NCBI GenBank assembly: GCA_963708135.1
Contig: OY970192.1
Location: 288,001-352,000 of the forward strand
Source: an uncultured Gemmatimonadales bacterium
Lineage (GTDB): Bacteria > Gemmatimonadota > Gemmatimonadetes > Longimicrobiales > RSA9
DNA: 64,000 nucleotides
Direction: 5' to 3'
Part shown: positions 57,700-64,000 of the stretch, in pieces
Layout: every line of letters starts with the position of its first letter
Position numbering within the stretch: position 1 is the first letter of the stretch
Program-made: the position numbers and the translations under genes
The notes under the pieces: model-generated
Told to the model about the DNA's origin: nothing
What the model saw: only the letters and a program-made list of their open reading frames with translations
Databases searched by the model: none

Positions 57700-59538
57700 C
57701 TACCGCCCGCGATCCCCGAGCGCCCCCAGCAGATAGACCAGATCCGCCGCCACGTCGGTCACCGGCTCGTTGGTGGAGTAGTCGCCGAGGTCGTCATGGT
57801 AGACGATGAAGCCGGTGTTCCAGGGGGCGTACTCGTCCGGGTGCAGCAGCCGGATCCCGAGCAGGCTGGAGTAGATCGAGCGGTAGACGGGGCCGTCCAC
57901 CACGCCGCCGGTGAGCAGCGACACGCCCAGCCGCTCCGAGACGATGGAGTGCGGGTCGGTCGGCGTATCGGCGCCCGCGGGGTAGCCGATGACGAAGGAG
58001 GTGCCCCACGGGTTGGTGCCGAAGAGCCAGTCGAGCGCGGCCTGCTCGAGAGGGCGGTAGCGAGGATCGCCGGTCATGCGCCGGTAGAGATACGCCTGGG
58101 TGGCGGCCGAGATGACGAGGTCGTTCGAGACCCAGATGAAGGGCACGCCGATGCGGAACCCGTTCCGCGCGTGGTCCGCCAGCCGCTCGAGGCCGTGGCG
58201 GTAGTACGCGGCCAGGGTGTCGCGCTCGGCGCCCCGGCTGTCCCGCCACAGCTCGTAGTGGCCGTCGTTCAGGAACGGGAACCACTCGTAGTGGCGGGCG
58301 GTGTCCGCGCCCATCCACGGCTTCACGGGCTGCCTTGCCGCGAAGGCGGCGGCCGCGCGCCGCAGCGCCGGCTGCCGCGACGTCGCGTACAGCTCGGCGG
58401 CGGCCAGCTCCATGTCATCGACCCAGTCCTGCTCCTCGTAGAAGTAGGGCGCGCGACCCGGCGCGGTCTGGCACACGCCGGGGTGCGCGAGCCCCAGCGC
58501 GTAGGCCTCGCCGGCCTTGCGCGCGAGGGTGTCCGCGAACGCCGGGTCGCGGGCGCGCAGCAGCCGGGCGCCGAGCGCCATGGCCGCGGCGAACTTGCCT
58601 GCCGTGTTGGCCAGCCCGTTCGAGCGGTTCCTGTGGCCGAGCAGCCCCTGCGGGTGTCCCGTGCACGGGTAGACCGGGCGGTAGCCGCCCTTTCCCCAGC
58701 CGTAGTCGGAGCTGTCGTCGGTGGGCAGGTCCGGGAAGGCGTGGTCGCGGTCGTCGCCGATCTGGTCCAGCAGGAGGTCCGGCCGCGGGTACATCTTCAC
58801 CAGCCACTCGAGACCGTGGCGCGCCTCGTCCAGCACGTCCGGCTCGCCGTTCGAGCCCGGCAGCCCATCCGCCTGGAAGCGGTCCGCGAACGCGCGCGGG
58901 TGGTCCCGGTATGCCTGCAGCAGCACGAACGTGGCGTGCCCCGAGGTGGTCACGTACTGAAGGTAGTCCGCGGCATCGGCCCAGCCGCCGGCCACGGGGA
59001 TGAAGCGCCCGGAGTCGGGATGGTCCACGAGGATCGCGTCGGTTCCCACGTGGACGGAGTCGTGGAACACCGGGTTCCAGCCGGAGCGCTGCTCGCGCAG
59101 GTAGGAGAGCAGCGTGTCCGCCGCGCCGCGCCAGGTGTCCGCCCCGATGTGCACGGGAGGCGACGTGTCCGCCGCCGCCACCACGCGGTAAGTCCCGCCG
59201 CGGCTGAGCGCCGAGAAGTCGAGGCGGTGCGTGGAGGCGCACGGGCCGAAGCCGCCGGTGGCCACGGCCGGGCTCGGCCCCAGCACCGTCCGGCCGCGCG
59301 CGTCCACCACGCGGAAGGTGCGCAGCACGCGCGGCACGGTCGAGCACGCCACCGCCACCTTCGGCGCACCGGGAAGGTAGCCGACGAGGTTGATCCGGAT
59401 CGCGGAGTGGCCGGTGCCCGCGGCGGCCACGCTGCCCCTTCCGCCGCCCCCTGCCGCGGAGGCTCGCGGGGAGCCGGCGGGGGAGAAGCGGGCGGCCAGC
59501 AGCGCCGCGAGCAGCAGTGGGAGGGGCGGGATCCTCAA
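57700..59538 (-). CDS. Glycoside hydrolase family 9, secreted
   Basis: IRINLVGYLP..PK Ig-like start, GGWADAAD, DDMELAA, DWLFGTNPWG.SF, DYSTNE catalytic region. Confidence 0.88.
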   Translation of the reverse strand: MRIPPLPLLLAALLAARFSPAGSPRASAAGGGGRGSVAAAGTGHSAIRINLVGYLPGAPKVAVACSTVPRVLRTFRVVDARGRTVLGPSPAVATGGFGPCASTHRLDFSALSRGGTYRVVAAADTSPPVHIGADTWRGAADTLLSYLREQRSGWNPVFHDSVHVGTDAILVDHPDSGRFIPVAGGWADAADYLQYVTTSGHATFVLLQAYRDHPRAFADRFQADGLPGSNGEPDVLDEARHGLEWLVKMYPRPDLLLDQIGDDRDHAFPDLPTDDSSDYGWGKGGYRPVYPCTGHPQGLLGHRNRSNGLANTAGKFAAAMALGARLLRARDPAFADTLARKAGEAYALGLAHPGVCQTAPGRAPYFYEEQDWVDDMELAAAELYATSRQPALRRAAAAFAARQPVKPWMGADTARHYEWFPFLNDGHYELWRDSRGAERDTLAAYYRHGLERLADHARNGFRIGVPFIWVSNDLVISAATQAYLYRRMTGDPRYRPLEQAALDWLFGTNPWGTSFVIGYPAGADTPTDPHSIVSERLGVSLLTGGVVDGPVYRSIYSSLLGIRLLHPDEYAPWNTGFIVYHDDLGDYSTNEPVTDVAADLVYLLGALGDRGR

Positions 59539-59691
59539 CGGTCACCTCGGCTTGCGTGGACGGAAACTGCGCCGCTCCCCGCCGCCGCGGCGGGTGGAGC
59601 GAGGCGTTCCGGGGAATGTATCTTGCCCCTCCTCGCACCTCCAAGCGGCCGCCGCGGAAGGCGGCCGGTGCGCTGCCAACGGAGGTCGCCG

Positions 59692-60084
59692 ATGGACCCA
59701 CGCAGGAGGTTTCCCCACCTGGCCCGGCTCTCCCAGACCGGACGCGGCTCCATCAACTTAGCCCGCAATCCCCGCGGCCGGCCCGTCGTGGCGGCCGACG
59801 GCCGCGAGGTCGGCGCGGTGGATGACCTGATCATGGATACCGATGCGGACCGTGTCCGCTACCTCGTCTGCCGCCTGGACTCGGCCGACGAATCCGAGCC
59901 GTCGCCGCGCGTGCTGCTTCCGATCGGGCACACGCGGCTCACGCCGGACGGCCGCGTCCGCCTCCAGCGCTGCACCTCGGAAGAGGTCGAGGAGCTGCCG
60001 CGCTTCCGCGGCTCGCTCGAGGAGGGCTCCGAGGGGATCTGGACGACCTACGGCACGGAGGCCGAGGACGGCTCCTGGCGCTGA
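59692..60084 (+). CDS. PRC-barrel domain protein
   Basis: GGAGG RBS; RGRPVVAADGREVGAVDDLIMD..RVRYL..VLLPIG. Confidence 0.82.
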   Translation: MDPRRRFPHLARLSQTGRGSINLARNPRGRPVVAADGREVGAVDDLIMDTDADRVRYLVCRLDSADESEPSPRVLLPIGHTRLTPDGRVRLQRCTSEEVEELPRFRGSLEEGSEGIWTTYGTEAEDGSWR

Positions 60085-60246
60085 GGGCGCGGACGACGCG
60101 AGCGCGCTCTGCGATGGCCCTGTTCCTGCTCCCCCCGGGTGTCCGCGGAGTGGCCGGTGATGCCGTACGCACCTTGGCTGGGCCTCCCAGTGGATTCCGG
60201 CGGAGAACGTGATGCCGCACAGCCGACGCCCGGTGGGGCGCTGAAA

Positions 60247-62565
60247 ATGGATTCGCCCGTGGATCCCGCCCGCGAGCTGGCCGAGGCGCGCGCGCGCCAG
60301 CAGCGGGAGGTGGCGGAGCTCGGACTGCGCGCGCTGGCGGGGGTCTCGCCGGAGACGCTCGCCGAGATGGTGGGGGAGCGGGTGGCCGCGACCCTCGGGG
60401 TCGAGTACACGGAGGTGCTCGAGCTGCTTCCGGCGGGCGACGAGCTGCGGCTGCGCGCCGGAGTCGGCTGGCGGCCGGGCAGCGTGGGCACCGCCACGGT
60501 CGGCGCGGGCAGGGACTCGCAGGGCGGCTATACGCTGCTCCGGGACACGCCCGTGCTGGTGGAGGATCTGCCCGCCGAGCGGCGCTTCCAGGGGCCGCCG
60601 CTGCTGCTGGAGCACGGCGTCGTGAGCGGGATGACCGTGGTGATCCAGGGCCCCGCCGGGCCGTGGGGCGTGCTGGGCGCGCACACCCGCGAGCACCGCC
60701 GCTTCACCCCCGATGACGCGAGCTTCCTGCAGGGGGCGGCGAACGTGCTGGGGCAGGCGCTCTCGCGCGCGGCGGTCGAGGCGCGGCTGCGCGCCTCGCG
60801 CGATGAGATCGCCGCCATCCTGCGCAGCGTCGGCGACGGCATCGTGGTGCACGATCCGGAGTTCCGCGTCGTCTACGCGAACGACGCCGCGGCCCACCTC
60901 CTCGGCTACGAGCGCGCCGCCGACCTGACCGGGCTCCTGCTCGGCACGGTTCGCGAGCGCTACGAGGCGCGCGACGAGGCGGGCGCGCTTCTCGCCCCTG
61001 GCGACTTCGCGGGCGAGCGCGTGGCGCGCGGGGAGGCGGACTCGGTCGAGCAGTTGCTCCGGCTGCGCTTCCCGGACCGCAGCGAGGAGCGCTGGACGGA
61101 GGTGCGGGCCAGCGCGGTGCGGGGCAGCGAGGGACGCGCGCGGCTGGTGGTCAACGTGCTGCGCGATGTCACCCGGTCCGTGGACCAGCAGCGCGCGCTC
61201 GAGGAGCAGGCCAGCCAGCTCGAGGAGAGCGCGGTCGAGCTCGAGACCAAGCTGGATGAGCTCCAGGTCCGGACGCGCGAGGCCGAGGAGGCGCGTGCCG
61301 CCGCGGAGGCGGCGGAGCGGCGCTCTGGCTTCCTCTCGGAGGCCGGCCGGGTGCTCTCGTCCTCGCTCGACTACGAGGTCACGCTGCGCAGCGTGGCGCG
61401 CCTGAGCGTCCAGGATCTCGCCGACTGGTGCGTGGTCCACGTCATGGGCGAGGAGGGCGAGCTGCATCGCCTCGAGGTGGCGCACGCCGACCCCGAGAAG
61501 CTGCGCGCGGCGCTCGAGCTCGAGCGCCTCTACCCGCCGCAAGATGGCAGGGACACGGGCGTCATGACCGTCATCCGCTCCGGCAAGCCCGAGCTCTACC
61601 CTGTCATCACGGACGAGATGCTCGCCGCCACCGCGCGCGATGAGGAGCACCTGCGCCGGCTGCGCGAGCTGGGCATCGACACGGCCATGACCGTTCCGCT
61701 GGTCGCCCGCGGGCGCACCGTGGGCGCCATCCAGATGCTGGGCGCCGCCCCCAAGCGCTACGGCCCCGGCGACCTCGCCCTCGCCGAGGAGCTCGCCCGC
61801 CGCGCCGCCGCCGCGGTGGACAACGCCCGCCTCTACGCCGAGGCGCAGGAGGCGAACCGCGCCAAGTCCAACTTCCTGGCGGTGGTCTCGCACGAGCTGC
61901 GCACCCCGCTCAACGCCATCATGGGCTACACCGACCTGCTCGATGCCGGCGTCGCCGGCGAGCTCGAGGCCGACCAGCACAAGCACCTCGGCCGCATCCG
62001 CACCAGCTCCAAGCACCTGCTCCAGCTCATCGAGGAGATCCTCGAGTACGCCCGCATCGAGGCGGGCCGCGAGGACGTGCGCATCGACGTGGCCCGCATC
62101 ACCGACATCGCCGCCGAGGCCGCCGCCGTCGTCGAGCCCCTCTCGGCCGCCAAGGGCCTCGAGCTGCGCGTCGATGCCGACCCCGCCGCCGCCGTCCGCA
62201 CCGACACCCGCAAGGTCCGGCAGATCCTGCTCAACCTCCTCTCCAACGCGGTCAAGTTCACCGAGCACGGCTCCGTCGAGCTCCAGGCCACGGTGGAAGG
62301 CGAGGAGGTGGTCTTCCGCGTCCGCGACACCGGCATCGGCATCCCCGCCGACATGCGCGAAAGCATCTTCCAGGCCTTCTGGCAGGTCGAGCAGCCGAAC
62401 ACCCGCCGCACCGGCGGCACCGGCCTCGGCCTCAGCGTGGCCCGTCGCCTGGCCCACCTGCTGGGCGGCACGCTCACGGTCGACAGCCAGCCGGACCAGG
62501 GCAGCACATTCACCCTCCGCCTCCCCGGCGACGCCACCGCCCGCGCCCGCCGCGCCGCCGATTGA
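60247..62565 (+). CDS. Cytoplasmic sensor histidine kinase (GAF-PAS-GAF-HisKA-HATPase)
   Basis: SHELRTPLN H-box, NLLSNAVKFT, DTGIGI and GGTGLGL; GAF and PAS segments upstream; no TM helices. Start uncertain. Confidence 0.92.
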   Translation: MDSPVDPARELAEARARQQREVAELGLRALAGVSPETLAEMVGERVAATLGVEYTEVLELLPAGDELRLRAGVGWRPGSVGTATVGAGRDSQGGYTLLRDTPVLVEDLPAERRFQGPPLLLEHGVVSGMTVVIQGPAGPWGVLGAHTREHRRFTPDDASFLQGAANVLGQALSRAAVEARLRASRDEIAAILRSVGDGIVVHDPEFRVVYANDAAAHLLGYERAADLTGLLLGTVRERYEARDEAGALLAPGDFAGERVARGEADSVEQLLRLRFPDRSEERWTEVRASAVRGSEGRARLVVNVLRDVTRSVDQQRALEEQASQLEESAVELETKLDELQVRTREAEEARAAAEAAERRSGFLSEAGRVLSSSLDYEVTLRSVARLSVQDLADWCVVHVMGEEGELHRLEVAHADPEKLRAALELERLYPPQDGRDTGVMTVIRSGKPELYPVITDEMLAATARDEEHLRRLRELGIDTAMTVPLVARGRTVGAIQMLGAAPKRYGPGDLALAEELARRAAAAVDNARLYAEAQEANRAKSNFLAVVSHELRTPLNAIMGYTDLLDAGVAGELEADQHKHLGRIRTSSKHLLQLIEEILEYARIEAGREDVRIDVARITDIAAEAAAVVEPLSAAKGLELRVDADPAAAVRTDTRKVRQILLNLLSNAVKFTEHGSVELQATVEGEEVVFRVRDTGIGIPADMRESIFQAFWQVEQPNTRRTGGTGLGLSVARRLAHLLGGTLTVDSQPDQGSTFTLRLPGDATARARRAAD

Positions 62566-62796
62566 GCCGGCGGCCTCCGCGACCGTCTCGTCCCTCGCGC
62601 GCCTCACCTTCGGGCGGCGCTCCGGTGGGCAGGCCCTCTCCGGTGCTGTGGAACGCTCGGCCCTGAGCGCGGGGAGCCGGGCGCCGCGCTCGGCCGACGT
62701 CCTCGCCCCGGCGCCGCCCGCCCGGGGTGGCCCCGCTCCCCGGCGTGCCGTTATCTTTTCCACACCTCCTCTCCGGCAACCCGAACCCCCGATCCC

Positions 62797-64000
62797 GTGC
62801 TGACGCAGCCCACCACCACCACCGCGCCGCCGTCCGCGCGCGAGGAGCGCCTTCCCCGCCGGCTCGGCCTCTGGAGCGCCATCGCGGTGCTGGTCGGCTC
62901 GACGATCGGCAGCGGCATCTTCCGCGTTCCGAGCACGGTCGCCGCGGACGTGGGTGCGGTCGGCGCCATGGCGATCGCCTGGATCGTGGGCGCCGTCGTC
63001 GCCCTGTTCGGCGCGCTGACGCTGGCCGAGCTGGCCACGCTGTACCCGCGCTCCGGCGGCATCTACGTCTTCATCCGCGAGGCGTTCGGGCCGGTGCCGG
63101 CGTTCCTCTTCGGCTGGACGGAGCTGCTGGTGATCCGGCCGTCCGCGCTCGGCGCCATCGCGATGATCTTCGCCGCCTACCTGGGCGAGTTCATCCCGCT
63201 GACGGACGTCCAGACGCGGCTCGTGGCCGCGGCGGCCATCGCGCTCCTGTGCGCCGCGAACATCCGCTCCGTGCGCTGGGGGGCGGCCGTGGAGAACACG
63301 ACGACCGCGGCGAAGGTGATCGCGCTCGGCGGCCTGGCCGTGCTGGCCTTCGTGCTGGGGCGGGCGGGCACGGGCGCGCTGGCCGGCCCGATCCTGTTCC
63401 AGCCCGCGTCGTGGGGCGGCTTCGGCGTCGCCCTCATCGCGATCCTGTGGGCCTACGACGGCTGGGCCGACCTCACGTTCATGGCGGGCGAGGTGCGGGA
63501 CCCGGCGCGAAACCTCCCGCGCGCGCTGCTGGGCGGCGTCGGCATCATCGTCGTCCTCTACCTGCTGGTGAACGCGGCCTACCTGTACGTGCTGCCGGTA
63601 GCCGCCATGAAAGGCTCCGCGCTGGTGGCCGCCGACGCGGCGACGCGCGTGGTCGGCCGCGCGGGCGCCTCGGTCGTGGCCGCGCTCGTCATGCTGTCCA
63701 CCTTCGGCGCGCTCAACGGCTCCACCATGACCGGGCCGCGGATCCTCTACGCCATGGCAGACGACGGGCTCTTCTTCCGCCCCATCGCCGCCGTCCACCC
63801 GCGCTGGCGCACCCCCTGGGCCGCCATCGCGCTCGCCGGCCTGCTCGGCATCGGCTACGTCTCGATCCGCACCTTCGAGCAGCTCGCCGACGCCTTCATC
63901 CTCGGCATCTGGCCCTTCTACGCGCTCGGCGTGGCCGCCGTCTTCACCCTCAGGCGACGCCGCCCCGACCTCGAGCGCCCCTATCGCACCGTCGGCTACC
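62797..64000 (+). CDS. APC-family amino acid permease, 3'-partial
   Basis: Read directly from sequence (not in the ORF track): LPRRLGLWSA..VGSTIGSGIF, AELATLYPRSGG.Y, WAYDGW, AGEVRDPARNLPRA, RPYRT. Open to the window end. Confidence 0.92.
   Translation, partial: MLTQPTTTTAPPSAREERLPRRLGLWSAIAVLVGSTIGSGIFRVPSTVAADVGAVGAMAIAWIVGAVVALFGALTLAELATLYPRSGGIYVFIREAFGPVPAFLFGWTELLVIRPSALGAIAMIFAAYLGEFIPLTDVQTRLVAAAAIALLCAANIRSVRWGAAVENTTTAAKVIALGGLAVLAFVLGRAGTGALAGPILFQPASWGGFGVALIAILWAYDGWADLTFMAGEVRDPARNLPRALLGGVGIIVVLYLLVNAAYLYVLPVAAMKGSALVAADAATRVVGRAGASVVAALVMLSTFGALNGSTMTGPRILYAMADDGLFFRPIAAVHPRWRTPWAAIALAGLLGIGYVSIRTFEQLADAFILGIWPFYALGVAAVFTLRRRRPDLERPYRTVGY

Noticed and set aside
1..64000. 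rRNA, tRNA, prophage or integrase genes
   Set aside because: No recognisable signatures by eye; tRNAscan and Infernal were not run.

Overview
Very GC-rich bacterial chromosomal window. The gene content (four ADOP-type duplicated orphan permeases, a SusC/SusD pair, a plug-only TonB protein, a DUF5916 porin-like protein, a BNR-repeat hydrolase) suggests Gemmatimonadota or a similar lineage; this is inference only. About 40 CDS: sugar and peptide uptake and hydrolysis genes, an FTR1 iron permease with a Fur-like box, a 34.8-45.7 kb accessory stretch (small cassette-like genes, several decayed genes, aac(6')-like GNAT, TA loci, IS1380 and IS4), an AAA/DUF4143 ATPase, tandem Ku genes, GH9, a sensor kinase and an APC permease. 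Four observations stand out. (1) A shared GntR-like operator (YYGYNNACAR) sits in the same register at four promoters up to 36 kb apart, linking a serine hydrolase, GGT, the susC-susD-cocE-GNAT cluster and a D-aminoacylase into a putative D-amino-acid/muropeptide scavenging regulon. (2) Removing both IS elements in silico reconstitutes an attC-like (alternatively dif-like) site, so higBA and the AbrB/Doc pair look like recombination-site-bounded cassettes with no integrase in the window. (3) A 37-bp hairpin tandem array is bracketed by inverted (GAGTGGGR)n ends, and these ends recur elsewhere, suggesting a dispersed composite non-coding element family. (4) A zinc-finger gene precedes two Ku genes, with no LigD in the window. 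No rRNA, tRNA or CRISPR array was recognised. All family calls come from motif recognition, not database searches.
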